Below, piece by piece: positions 49,396 through 60,072 of a stretch of 64,000 bases of DNA. Under the pieces are notes generated by a model. It saw only the letters and a list, made by a program, of their open reading frames with translations. It ran no database searches and was not told the origin of the DNA. Location of the stretch: positions 109,052-173,051 of the forward strand of contig CAWIJI010000007.1 in NCBI GenBank assembly GCA_963836435.1, in the 5' to 3' direction. Source of the stretch: an uncultured Acidobacteriota bacterium (GTDB lineage: Bacteria; Acidobacteriota; Terriglobia; 20CM-2-55-15). Within the stretch, counting starts at the first letter, position 1, and the number at the start of each line of letters is the position of its first letter. Position numbers and translations under genes: made by a program.

Positions 49396-51072
49396 CTATT
49401 GCAGCGACGCGAGAGCCTTCTCGATCGAAACGTTGTTCTTCTTGAGGGTCAATCCGAGGGCGTGGTCGTAATCCACGAGGGCTTTCTCGTAATTCACCTT
49501 TGCCGCCAGCTCATTGGACTGAGCCTGTTCGAGGTTTCGCTGCTCTTCGAGCACGAATCGGATTGTGGAGGCGCCGAGTTCGAACTTCTTCTGCTCGGCC
49601 GCATACTGTTGTTCGGCGAGTGTCCTGGTTGTCTGCGCCGTCTCGATTCGTGCCTTATTCATCTGGATTTGATTGATCGCGTTACGAACCTCCAGGACGA
49701 TCTGCTGTTCGGTGGCTTTAATGGACTGTTCCGCCGTCATTCTCTGGACGGAAACCTGGGCATATTGCGCTTGCTGCGCTCTGTTGCTCAGAGGGATTTG
49801 CAGACTGAATCCCAGGCTGTAGCCAGTGTTGCCGTAGCTGAAAAGGTCACCGAACGCATCACGGAAACCACCGGGAATCACGTCCAGAATCGGCGCGGTG
49901 GGACCAAATCCCTGACGGATAGTTTGTGTTCCGCCGACGCCGTTCTGGGTATAGCTTGCGTTGAGATCGAGCGTCGGCAGAAGCTGATTTTTGGCGTAAT
50001 CGATGTCAATTTCCGTGTTCCTCAACTGGAGATTCGCCTGACGAAGTTCCGGGCGGTTTTCCATCGCGACCTTGATCGCGTCTCCAACGGGCAGGACATC
50101 TCCTGGCTGCGGGAGACGTGCGGTCTGGGTCGGAGTCAGTCTCGCCAGCACCAGCCCGGGATCCGGCTGCTTGCTGAGCATTTTCTTGATCTGATCCTCG
50201 ATTTCCGTCTGCGTAAATCCGGAGACAACCAGTTCCTCGTTGCGGGTCGCAACCTGTGATTGCGCTTGAACAAGATCGATTTTCGCCATCACGCCGGCGT
50301 CTACCTGGGCCTGATTGTCGCTTAGAGTCTTCTGCGCCAATTCCAGCGATGCCTGTTTCACCTTCTGGTCTTCGGCGGTGAACACCAGATCCCAATAGGA
50401 TTTCTGTGCCTGTGTCACCAGGTCGATCACCTGGCGTTCGAACTGAATCTCCGATATCGTCTTGTTGTTCTGGGCGACGCGAATACCGTGGGTGTTTACG
50501 CTGCGGCCAAAACCGTTCAGCACGTGCTGCGTGATTGAATAGCGCATCAAACCAACCCAGGATGGGTTGTAGGTATTGAAGCCGTTGTTGGACGATGTTC
50601 GGTTCAACGTGAAATCAAGGGCGACGTCCGAGCCTGTCTTCAGCGTTTGGCCATATCCAATGGTGTAATTGTGCGAGAGCTGGCTGATGGAGTCTGTACC
50701 GGTCAGCTGCGTCCGGCTTTTCGACGTGTCACGAGACACGCTCGCGCCGAGACGAAGCATGGGTTCGAACGGACGATAGTTCGTATCGATGATGAACCCG
50801 CTCTGGATCGGGGCGAGACGATTGACTGCGACATCGAGGTTGTTGCTTAGCGTCAGGTCGATCAGGTCGTTGATCGACAGCGGAATCAATCCGTTTTGGA
50901 TGAGCGTGGGCAACGTGTCCTGGGCCGAGACCTGGCTGGCAGGGAAAGTCAACAGCGAGGGCTTGTAACGCCGCAGGAACTGATCGACCCAGTTCTCCCC
51001 GGCGAACGCAGGGGCGGACATCACCCCAAGCGCACCGAACACGAGCCCAACACGCAAGATTCTCCTCAACAT
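49396..51072 (-). CDS. TolC family outer membrane efflux protein
   Basis: Signal peptide (AFA), LSNNLDV, AYWDL-like SYWDLV, AKNQLLPTLDL, EQKKFELGAST. Confidence 0.9.
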   Translation of the reverse strand: MLRRILRVGLVFGALGVMSAPAFAGENWVDQFLRRYKPSLLTFPASQVSAQDTLPTLIQNGLIPLSINDLIDLTLSNNLDVAVNRLAPIQSGFIIDTNYRPFEPMLRLGASVSRDTSKSRTQLTGTDSISQLSHNYTIGYGQTLKTGSDVALDFTLNRTSSNNGFNTYNPSWVGLMRYSITQHVLNGFGRSVNTHGIRVAQNNKTISEIQFERQVIDLVTQAQKSYWDLVFTAEDQKVKQASLELAQKTLSDNQAQVDAGVMAKIDLVQAQSQVATRNEELVVSGFTQTEIEDQIKKMLSKQPDPGLVLARLTPTQTARLPQPGDVLPVGDAIKVAMENRPELRQANLQLRNTEIDIDYAKNQLLPTLDLNASYTQNGVGGTQTIRQGFGPTAPILDVIPGGFRDAFGDLFSYGNTGYSLGFSLQIPLSNRAQQAQYAQVSVQRMTAEQSIKATEQQIVLEVRNAINQIQMNKARIETAQTTRTLAEQQYAAEQKKFELGASTIRFVLEEQRNLEQAQSNELAAKVNYEKALVDYDHALGLTLKKNNVSIEKALASLQ

Positions 51073-51106
51073 AGATTCACTCCTTGAAGGTGAGACAAAA
51101 GGCCGC

Positions 51107-52326
51107 CTATTCGTACCGAAGGGCCTCAATCGGATCGAGGGCCGCAGCCTTGTGAGCCGGGTAATACCCGAAGAAGACCCCAATAGCAGTGGAAAAGCTG
51201 AATGCGATCGTCACCGCCAACTTCGACACCAGGGTGGGCCAATCCAGGTACCAGGCGAAGCCTGCGGCGGTGACGCCGCCGATAATCATGCCCACAACGC
51301 CGCCCGCCAGACTGAGGACGACGGATTCTGTGAGGAATTGCATCCGGATATAGCTTGGTCGTGCGCCGACAGCCATGCGGATCCCTATCTCGCGGGTCCG
51401 TTCCGTGACCGATACGAGCATGATGTTCATGATGCCCACGCCGCCGACAAGCAGGGAAATGCCCGCGATACCCGCGAGCAGCAGCGTCATGATTTCCAGT
51501 ACGTTCCCGGAAGCTGCGGCCACATCGGACATGTTCTGAATTCGGAAATCGTCCGGCTCGTCTTCGGCAATGTGGTGCCGCTGACGCAGCAACTCCGCAA
51601 TTTGAGTTTCCGCCAGCGACGACGCCTGCTCACTAGTGGCAGACACCATGGCCTGCTGAATCGACAGAATCGTTCGTTGCAGAAGCTTCTTCTGCACGGT
51701 GGTGTAGGGCACCACGGCGACATCGTCCTGATCATTGCCAAACGTGCTGCCTTTTTCCGCCAGAACTCCGACAACGCGGAACTGGAGGTTTCCCACGCGC
51801 AAGCTCTTACCCACAGGATCCTCTCCAGGAAAGAGCTTTTCCTCGACGGTCTTGCCGAGAACGATGACGCGCGCGGCCGAACGGACGTCTGCGTCGGTGA
51901 AGAAGGAGCCTTTCTCTGTTTTCCAGTTTCGAATCCTGCTGAATTTTTCGTTAGTCCCCTGAATTCTGAGATTCCAGTTCTGATTGCCGTAGATTCCCTG
52001 GCGGCCGGCTTGCAACATGGGAGACGCTGCGGCGATTCCCGGCAACTCCTGCTCGATAGCGAGCACATCCTCGACTGTCAGCGAATTGGCGCCCCCGGTT
52101 GTGACATTGGCGCCATTCTGGGTGACATTTCCGGGCATCACGAACAGCAGATTGCTGCCGAAGCTGCTGATCTGGCCCTGGACCATGTATTGCGCTCCCT
52201 GACCAATGGAGACCAGGGCGATAACGGCGCTAACACCGATGATGATGCCCAGCGTGGTAAGGGCGGAACGCATCTTGTTTCGCGCAGGGCGCGAGCCGCG
52301 ACTTTAAATACGGCCCAGAAGTTCAT
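51107..52326 (-). CDS. MacB/FtsX-like ABC permease (one frameshift near the N-terminus)
   Basis: [15 protein letters not shown] joins [14 protein letters not shown]; [17 protein letters not shown]; [10 protein letters not shown]. Confidence 0.92.
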
Positions 52327-53097
52327 TCGTCTTCATCTCCATCTACAAGGACCAGAGGCATTGTTTTCAGGACCTCGGAAGCGACGCTGCGTTCGATAAC
52401 TTTTTCGTCGGAGTTGATGCGTCCATCGCGAAAATGAACGATGCGTTCGGCGTAGCGGGCAACGTCCGGCTCGTGCGTGACAACAATAACCGTAAGATTT
52501 TTCTGCTCGATTCAGCCGCTGAAATATCCCCATGACCTCGACAGAGGTTCGGGAATCAAGCGCACCCGTGGGTTCATCGGCAAGAATGATCGACGGATTA
52601 TTCACAAGGGCGCGCGCCAGGGCGACCCGCTGCTGCTGTCCGCCGGAGAGCTGATTCGGCATATTCTTCTCCCGATCGGAGAGGCCTACTTCAGCCAGTG
52701 CCGCGCGCGACCGGCGCTGGCGATCCACCGCCCCCACGCCCGCATACAGAAGGGGCAATTCGACATTTTCGAGGGCCGATGTCCGCGGAACCAGGTTGAA
52801 ACTCTGAAAGACAAATCCGACGCGTTTGTTACGCGTGTCGGCAAGGGCCGCCTTGCCCATCGTTGACGTATCCACGCCTTCGAGGAAATACTGGCCCTTC
52901 GTCGGCCGGTCGAGGCATCCGATGATATTCATCAGGGTCGACTTTCCCGATCCCGAGGGCCCCATGATCGCCACGAATTCGCCGCGTCGAACGGAGAGCG
53001 ACAGGGCCCGCAGCGCATGAACGGTGATGTCCCCCGTATAGTAGGTCTTGCTTACCCGCTCGATGCGGATAACGATGTTGTCTGTGTTTTCCACCAT
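52323..53097 (-). CDS. MacB/LolD-like ABC ATP-binding protein (frameshift near the C-terminus)
   Basis: [26 protein letters not shown]. The H-loop [12 protein letters not shown]...DGDEDE* continues in another frame to 52323. Confidence 0.92.
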
Positions 53098-54551
53098 CAC
53101 TGCCCGCGCTGGCCCTGGCCTCGTTGGATATTGACCTGAGTCTGGGTGTCCACCTGCGTCCCATCGCCCACGATCACCTCGTCGTTCACTTTCAAGTCGC
53201 CCGAAATGAGCTCGGTCATCGCACCGTCGGTGATCCCCAGAACCAGTTTCTTTTCGACCGGTCTTCTATCGGGACCAAGAACGAAGGCGCTGCCCTCATG
53301 TTGTGGATCGTGGTTGAGCGTCGCAAAGCGTAACTTCTCAACCGGATTCCATCGCTGTCCGGGAGCCTGCGGCAGGGAGACTCCGCCCCCTTGCGCCGCG
53401 ATGGCATCAGCCGAATTCTCGGAGGCTATGGTGTCCGCGAATGACGGCGGCGGCGTGCCGGGCAAATGATAGCGAAGCGCGGCATTCGGGATCTTCAGCG
53501 CATTCTCGCGTTCGGCCACGACAATCTTGATGCTTGCCGTCATCCCCGGTTTCAGACGCAGTTCCTTGTTCTGGATGCTGAGAATGACGCCGTAAGTCAC
53601 GACGTTCTGGACGGTCTGGGGATTGAGCCGGATCTCCGCAATTTTGCCGGTGAAGATGGTATTCGGGTACGAGTCCACGGTGAACGTCACCTTTGCGTCT
53701 TCGGAGATACTGCCGATGTCGGCTTCGTCGACGCTGGCCTTGACCTGCATTTCGCTCAGGTCCGTGGCGATAGTGAACAGCGTCGGCGCCGACATGCTGG
53801 CCGCAATTGTCTGGCCAACGTCAACGTCGCGGGAGATCACGACGCCATCGACGGGCGAGAAGATGTTGGCATATTCAAGGTTCACCTGGGTGCGATCCAA
53901 CTCGGCTTCCGCCTGCTGCAATCCGGCCTTGGCTTGAGCAATACCTGCTTCAGTTGTCGCACCTTGCGCATCGACCTGCTGCAACGCCGCTTCCGCCTGC
54001 TGGTATCGCGCCACCGCGGAATCGTAATTGACCTTGGCGGTGTCGAAATCATTCTGCGCCTGCAGCCCTTTCTCCCTCAGCTGGTTGGCCCGGTCGAGTT
54101 GCAGTTTGGCGTTATCCATGGTGACTCGAGCGCCCTCGAGACTCGCCTTTGAGCTGTTGTAATTCGCTTCGTGGGTGCGCACTTCCGCTTCCGCACTGCG
54201 CAGCCGGGCCTGCGCGGAGGCAAGCTGTGCTTTGGCGTTGGTTACGGCCGATTCCAGGTTTCTGGGATCAAGCTTCGCCAAAAGCTGGCCGCGCTTGACG
54301 ACGGAATTGTAGTCCGCGAACAATTCCTGAACCTGGCCGGATACCTGGCTGCCGACAGGAACGGTCACCACGGTCTGGACGATGCCGGTTGCGTTGATGG
54401 TCTTTGCCATGGAACCCTGGGTTATCGTCGCCGTGAAGTACTCCACAGTGTTGGTGGATTTCCTCAGCCGAAAGGCGACCGCAGCAGCAGCCACAACGAT
54501 GATGAGGAGGAAAACGGGAATCGTGATCTTGATCAGTGTCTTCTTGGTCAT
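53097..54551 (-). CDS. MacA-like efflux periplasmic adaptor
   Basis: [49 protein letters not shown]. Confidence 0.92.
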   Translation of the reverse strand: MTKKTLIKITIPVFLLIIVVAAAAVAFRLRKSTNTVEYFTATITQGSMAKTINATGIVQTVVTVPVGSQVSGQVQELFADYNSVVKRGQLLAKLDPRNLESAVTNAKAQLASAQARLRSAEAEVRTHEANYNSSKASLEGARVTMDNAKLQLDRANQLREKGLQAQNDFDTAKVNYDSAVARYQQAEAALQQVDAQGATTEAGIAQAKAGLQQAEAELDRTQVNLEYANIFSPVDGVVISRDVDVGQTIAASMSAPTLFTIATDLSEMQVKASVDEADIGSISEDAKVTFTVDSYPNTIFTGKIAEIRLNPQTVQNVVTYGVILSIQNKELRLKPGMTASIKIVVAERENALKIPNAALRYHLPGTPPPSFADTIASENSADAIAAQGGGVSLPQAPGQRWNPVEKLRFATLNHDPQHEGSAFVLGPDRRPVEKKLVLGITDGAMTELISGDLKVNDEVIVGDGTQVDTQTQVNIQRGQGQRGQ

Positions 54552-54562
54552 TCCATAAGCCT

Positions 54563-57500
54563 TCAGTCCGCTTTCATTGGCTCAACCGCCTCGTTCGAAA
54601 GGCGAACGGGACGAAAGCGCGCGATGAGATCGTCGAACAGGGAATACGCTACGGGTGTAAACAACAAGGTAAGGAGCAGGCAGAGCATCTGCCCTCCCAT
54701 CACCACTATACCGATAGGGGCGCGCGATCCGGATCCCGGTCCGCGGCTAAGAACAATCGGAATCATTCCGGCCACGATGGCCAGCGTCGTCATGAGAATG
54801 GGACGCAGGCGCGCGTGGTTCGCCTGGATCAGGGCTTCGTGCCGGCCAAAGCCGCGCGCCCGAAGAGTGTTCGTGTAATCGATCTGCAGGATCGAATTCT
54901 TTTTGACGATACCGAATAACAAAAGAATGCCAAGACCGCTGAAAAGGTCGAGCTTGGCATTGCAAATCCACAGCGAAAACAGCGCAAACGGAATACTCAG
55001 CGGCAGCGACAACATGATCGTGATCGGATGCAGGAAGCTCTCGAATTGCGCGGCCAGCACCATGTACATGAAGATCGCCGAGAGCAGGAACGCGGTCACG
55101 AAGCTGCTCTGCAACTCTGCAAGAGTCTTGGCTCGTCCCGTCCATTCCGTGCGATAGCCGGGCTTCCAGTCCAGCGTGGCCAGTTGCTTGTCGATCAAGG
55201 CGGCCGCATCGCCGATACCGACACCCGTATCGACGTTAGCGACGAGTGTCACCTGCCGTTCCCGGCCCATCCGTTCAATCTGGGCAGGACCCAGGTCCTT
55301 TTGGAGCGAAGCGAAATTCGAGAGTTGTACCTGCCCCAGACGGCTGGAGGGAACCCACAAATTCCGGATTTTCTCGGGGCGGTCGCGGTCGCTGGCAGGA
55401 AGGCGTAACCGCACAGCGTACTGATCTTCTCCGTCCTTGTACTTCGATACCTCTTCGCCGGCGACCAGAGTGCGAAGCGCACCGGCAACGTCTTCGATGC
55501 GTACCCCGAGGTCGGCAGCCTTCGCACGATCGATGCGAACGTGCACCTCCGGGTTTCCGATGTTCAGAGTGGTGTCCTGGTCAACAACGCCCGGAACTTC
55601 CTTCATCAACGACAGCGCCTGGCTGGAGTACTTCGCAAGTTCCTCAAGATCCGGGCCGCGTACATTCAGTACAAGCGCCTGATTCCGGAAGTTCCCTCCG
55701 CTGACGTTGGACACGACCTGTATTGCCGCCCGCAAGCCGGGGAATTGCTGATTCATCATCCGGCGAGCGTCTTCCATGACGTCAAACTGCGTGAACTTGC
55801 GCTCGGTGAGATCTGTCATCCCAACGTACACCGAACCATCCGTGACACCTGAACTGCCGCCTCCGTTGATTGTTGAAAGAACATGCTTCACGCCGCGAAG
55901 CTTCCAGGCTTCCTGTTCGATTTTCTGGAGAACAAGGTCGTCCCAGCCAGCGATGTGCCGTCCGGCGTTTTGACCACGATTTCAAATTCGCTCTGATCGT
56001 CCTGGTTGATGAAGTCCGTTCCGACCAGCATGAACATCGGAACGATGGAGATCACGACAAGGAAGGAAATACGCCAACCATCACGATGCGGTGGCGAAGG
56101 GCCCATTCGAGCAGCGTTCCGTAGCTTCGGTCGATGAGGCGATAAAAGCCGGACTCCCCTGGACTTGTGCCCGGTATCGCTGCGCTTCAACCAGCGCGAA
56201 CTCAGCATGGGCGTGAGCGTGAAGCTGACCAGCATGGAGACGGCGATGGAACGGCCATCGTCAAACCGAAACTTTTCAGAAAGCGTCCGGGGATCCCGCC
56301 AAGAAAGGCCACGGGAACGAAAGATGACAATCAGGGAGAGGGTTGTGGCCATAACGGCCAGGCCGATCTCCTCGCGTCGCCGCGATTGCGGCCCGGATCG
56401 GGGGATACCCCTCTTCTTCGATATAGCGATAGATGTTCTCGAGCACGACGATCGCGTCATCAATGACAATGCCGACAGCGAGCGTGAGACCCAGCAGGGA
56501 GAGGCTGTTCAGCGTCATATCAAGGGCGCGCATGGCCGTGAACGTCGCGATGATCGAGATCGGAACGGCCAGGGCGGCAATGAGGGTGCTGCGGAAACTG
56601 TGCATGAACAGCAGCACACGACGCGGCCAGCAGGCTGCCGACGATCAGGTGTTCGTTGATGGCGTGGACGGAGGCCTCGATGAACCGCGCCTGATCGCGG
56701 ATGATGTCGGCATGAACGTCGGGTGGAAGCTGGCGACGCAGTCCGTCCAGCTGCTCTTTGATCAGTTTCGCAACGGCGACGGTGTTGGTGCCGGACTGTT
56801 TCCGAACCAGCAGCGAAACCGCCGGCTTCCCGTCCTGCCGCGCAAGGCTCCGCGCTTCTTCGACACCGTCTTCGATCCGCGCGACGTCGCGCAAATAGAC
56901 CGGGCTTCCGCCAACCGTGGACACGGCGATATTGCCCGAAATCCCGAACGCCTCGATCCTTCCGAGAGTGCGGAGGACCAGCTCGTTCGGGCCCTGGTCG
57001 ATGCGTCCGCCAGGAACTTCCGTGTTCTGAGCGCGAATCGCGTTGCGGATCTGGTCGATGCTCAGGCGATAGCGCCTGCAGTTTTGCGCGTCGAGCCATA
57101 CCTGGATCTCGCGCTGTCTGGCCCCCGACGATCTGAATCGATCCAATACCGTCAACGGACTCTAGCCGCTGCTTGATGCGTTTGTCGGCCAGTTCGGTGA
57201 TTTCCCGGATCGGCCGATCACCATAGACAGAGATCGACAACACCGGGGAGGCGTCGAAATCCAGGCGTTCGATGATGGGCGCTTCGGTATCCCGCGGAAG
57301 CTGGCCAACAACAGTGGCAACCTTATCGCGCACTTCCTGGGCGGCCACATCGGAATCTTTGTCGAGTGAGAACTGGACGGTAACCAGGGACAGGCCTTCC
57401 AGTGTTGTGGAGCGCAGTTCGTCGATATTGCTGATCGTGTTGATCGCTTCTTCAATGGGTTTCGTCACCTGAGATTCAATCTCTTCGGGACTTCCGCCGG

Positions 57501-57654
57501 GCAGACGCGTCTGGACAGTGACTGTGGGCAGATCGACCTTGGGATAGAGGTCTATACCCAACTTGCTGTAAGCAAACAACCCCAGAACGACGAAGACAAG
57601 GACGAGCATCGTCGCGAATACGGGACGCTTGACGCAGACTTCTGCAAGCTTCAT
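54563..57654 (-). CDS. RND efflux permease (AcrB/MdtC family), multiply frameshifted
   Basis: Total ~3.1 kb; [68 protein letters not shown]. Confidence 0.92.
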
Positions 57655-58853
57655 CGCGTGGTGACCTCCCGACCCTGTTGAAGACTGCCGAGATTAGAAG
57701 TAGCGATGACGTCGCCTTTGGTTACACCTTCGACGATTTCCACATAGTCCGGACCCCGCGAACCCGTGCGCACGATCCGCTCGCTGACCTTTCCGGCATC
57801 AATGACGAAGAGCTTTTCCAGACCGGCCACCGTGAAAAGCGCGTTCGGAGGAGCGACGAGCGCTTTCTCCGTTTTCCCGGTAAGAATCGTGACTCTGGCA
57901 AAAAATCCAGGCTTCAGAGTGCCATCGTCGTTTTTGACAATGGCTTCCAGTCTCAACGTTCGCGACTGCTGATTCACGGAAGGCGACAAACGGGAGATCC
58001 TGCCGTTGAACGATTTGCCCGGAAAAGAATCCACCGTGAACTGAACGGGTCTCCCGGCGCGAACCGATTCGATCGCCGTTTCAGGCACGTCCACGTGAAG
58101 TTTCAGCGGATTGCTCTGAACCAGAATGAAGGCCGGGCTGTTTGCTTTAAGGTAGGTTCCTTCCGACACCAAACGTTCCTTTACGAGGCCGCTCATGGGG
58201 GCCGTAATCCGCGCATCTCCCAGTTTTTTCTGGGCCAGATCGAGCGCAGCTCTGCGCGCCTCTACGGTCGCTTTAATATTACGAACGGACTCCCGTGCCA
58301 ATTTCACCGCTGCGTCGGCGACATCGAATTTGGCCTGCTGCTCATCGAGTTGCTGTCTGGATAGAACGCCTTCGTCGGTCAACTGCCGCGTTCGGGCCAA
58401 CCGGCTCCTGGCCTCGGAGAGCGTGGCCTCCGCCTGCTTCACCTGACTTGTGGCCGATTCTTCGATGTTGGCGCCTGGGTCGTTGATACCGATTCGGGCC
58501 ATCTCCTGCTGGAGTGCGGCGCTCTGCTGGCGGACCGCCAGTTCAAGCTCACGGGTATCGATGACGGCCAGAACCTCTCCCACTCTGACGAAGTCACCCA
58601 GGTCAACCAGGGCTTTCGAGACTGGTCCCTCTACCTGGTTGCTGACGGTCACTTCTTCATTCGGGTCGAGCGTCCCGATCGCCTCAACCGTGCGCTGCAG
58701 CTCTCGCTCCTGGATTGGAGCGCTGTCCACAGAGATTGCCGTAGGCACCGCGGCCGCGGCAACAGTGGCCACCTCTTTGGAAGTGGACGCGGCGCAGGCC
58801 CCGGAAAGGGCACAAACGATGAGCAGCAGCCCCATAACTAGAACATTCTTCAT
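57651..58853 (-). CDS. RND efflux periplasmic adaptor subunit (AcrA/MdtA family)
   Basis: Lipoprotein-like N-terminus, VDLGDFVRVGEVL, ITAPMSG, VPE, LKPGFFARV. Confidence 0.92.
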   Translation of the reverse strand: MKNVLVMGLLLIVCALSGACAASTSKEVATVAAAAVPTAISVDSAPIQERELQRTVEAIGTLDPNEEVTVSNQVEGPVSKALVDLGDFVRVGEVLAVIDTRELELAVRQQSAALQQEMARIGINDPGANIEESATSQVKQAEATLSEARSRLARTRQLTDEGVLSRQQLDEQQAKFDVADAAVKLARESVRNIKATVEARRAALDLAQKKLGDARITAPMSGLVKERLVSEGTYLKANSPAFILVQSNPLKLHVDVPETAIESVRAGRPVQFTVDSFPGKSFNGRISRLSPSVNQQSRTLRLEAIVKNDDGTLKPGFFARVTILTGKTEKALVAPPNALFTVAGLEKLFVIDAGKVSERIVRTGSRGPDYVEIVEGVTKGDVIATSNLGSLQQGREVTTR

Positions 58854-59440
58854 GCTTTCATTCCCGCTAGATAAATAGATACAAAGGTCCGGACAACTTC
58901 GTTGCGATCAAATTCGCGATTCTTTTTCTGGCCAAAAATCTCCTGCATCTGCACGTGACAGACAAACATCCCAAGGAAGGCGCGCGCCGCCAGCACAGGA
59001 TCGATCTGGCGTAGTGTTCCCGCATCCATCTGCCGCTGAAGATAGGTCACCATCGGATCGCGAATCGCCATCGCGGAAAGAAACATGTTCGCGAGTTCAT
59101 GGCCTTCAAGCGCGCTAAACAGCAGCAGCCGCATAAACGTGCTGTCCTGCTCGTGCCGCTCCAGGAACCGGTGACCTATGAATTCAAGAAAGGTCTGGAT
59201 GTCGCTGGTCTTGGCAAGCTCCTGGACCTCCTTGTGATGATCGTCGGTCTGATGAGCCTTTTCTTCCAGAATAGCCCGGTAGAGCTCCGTCTTATTAGTA
59301 AAATATCTGAAAATAATTGATTCATTAACATCGGCGTGAGAAGCAAGGTCGCGAGTCGTTGTGCCACGAAACCCATTCTTTGCAAAGAGTTCCATGGCCG
59401 CCTTCAGAATGTCTTGTCGTCGTACGTCTCTCGTTATCAT
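58850..59440 (-). CDS. TetR/AcrR family transcriptional regulator
   Basis: ILKAAMELFAKNGFRGTTTRDLASHADVNESIIFRYFTNK HTH. Confidence 0.95.
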   Translation of the reverse strand: MITRDVRRQDILKAAMELFAKNGFRGTTTRDLASHADVNESIIFRYFTNKTELYRAILEEKAHQTDDHHKEVQELAKTSDIQTFLEFIGHRFLERHEQDSTFMRLLLFSALEGHELANMFLSAMAIRDPMVTYLQRQMDAGTLRQIDPVLAARAFLGMFVCHVQMQEIFGQKKNREFDRNEVVRTFVSIYLAGMKA

Positions 59441-59461
59441 GTAAGTAAGTACTTACTTACA
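59440..59461. promoter_or_regulatory. Perfect 22-bp palindrome, probable TetR operator
   Basis: TGTAAGTAAGTACTTACTTACA abuts the tetR start codon; a TTGCCA -35-like hexamer lies upstream on the minus strand. Confidence 0.8.
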
Positions 59462-59605
59462 CGCGTGTGTGCCCTTTTGGCAAGTGAATTCTTGGTGAAT
59501 GGCCGGTGCCACGGAATGCTTGTTCATTCTTCCTGCGCTTTGCCTATGCGCAGGCAGCGTGTCCAAGGTTCATCTGGAGTTGACCTTAGATGTGCGGGCG
59601 GGCGA

Positions 59606-60001
59606 CTACCCGGCGTGCGAAATCGGCGGATGATACAGCACTTGAATCAGGACACCGTCGGGATCATGGAGATAGAACGAACGGGCGCCGTCGCGGTGGG
59701 TCTTGAGCGGATGAACCAGTTCGATACCGCGCCCCAGCACGCGTGCCGCCAGGGCATCGACGTCCTCGATTTTGGCTACGATAAAGCCGATGTGATGAAC
59801 ACTCTGAATAGCGCTCGGTTGTGCGCCTTCAGGCAGCTTGTGGATCGCAAGGTTGTCTGAACCGGAGGTCAAATAGACATTGTCGGGATCGGGTGCCCAC
59901 TCCACCCGCATCCCGAAAAGATCGCGGTAAAAGGACACGGAATGTTGGACATCACGCACGTTCAACGCCACATGGCGAAGGCCTAAAATCCGAGGTTGCA
60001 T
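59606..60001 (-). CDS. VOC/glyoxalase family protein
   Basis: LRHVALNVRD...FYRDLFG, HHIGF, RSFYLHDPDGVLIQ. Confidence 0.9.
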   Translation of the reverse strand: MQPRILGLRHVALNVRDVQHSVSFYRDLFGMRVEWAPDPDNVYLTSGSDNLAIHKLPEGAQPSAIQSVHHIGFIVAKIEDVDALAARVLGRGIELVHPLKTHRDGARSFYLHDPDGVLIQVLYHPPISHAG

Positions 60002-60072
60002 TGACTTAAACTCTCCGCAAAACCTACAATGAATGCTGTACACTGCTGGGAAGCTCCAGCGATATTTGTAGT

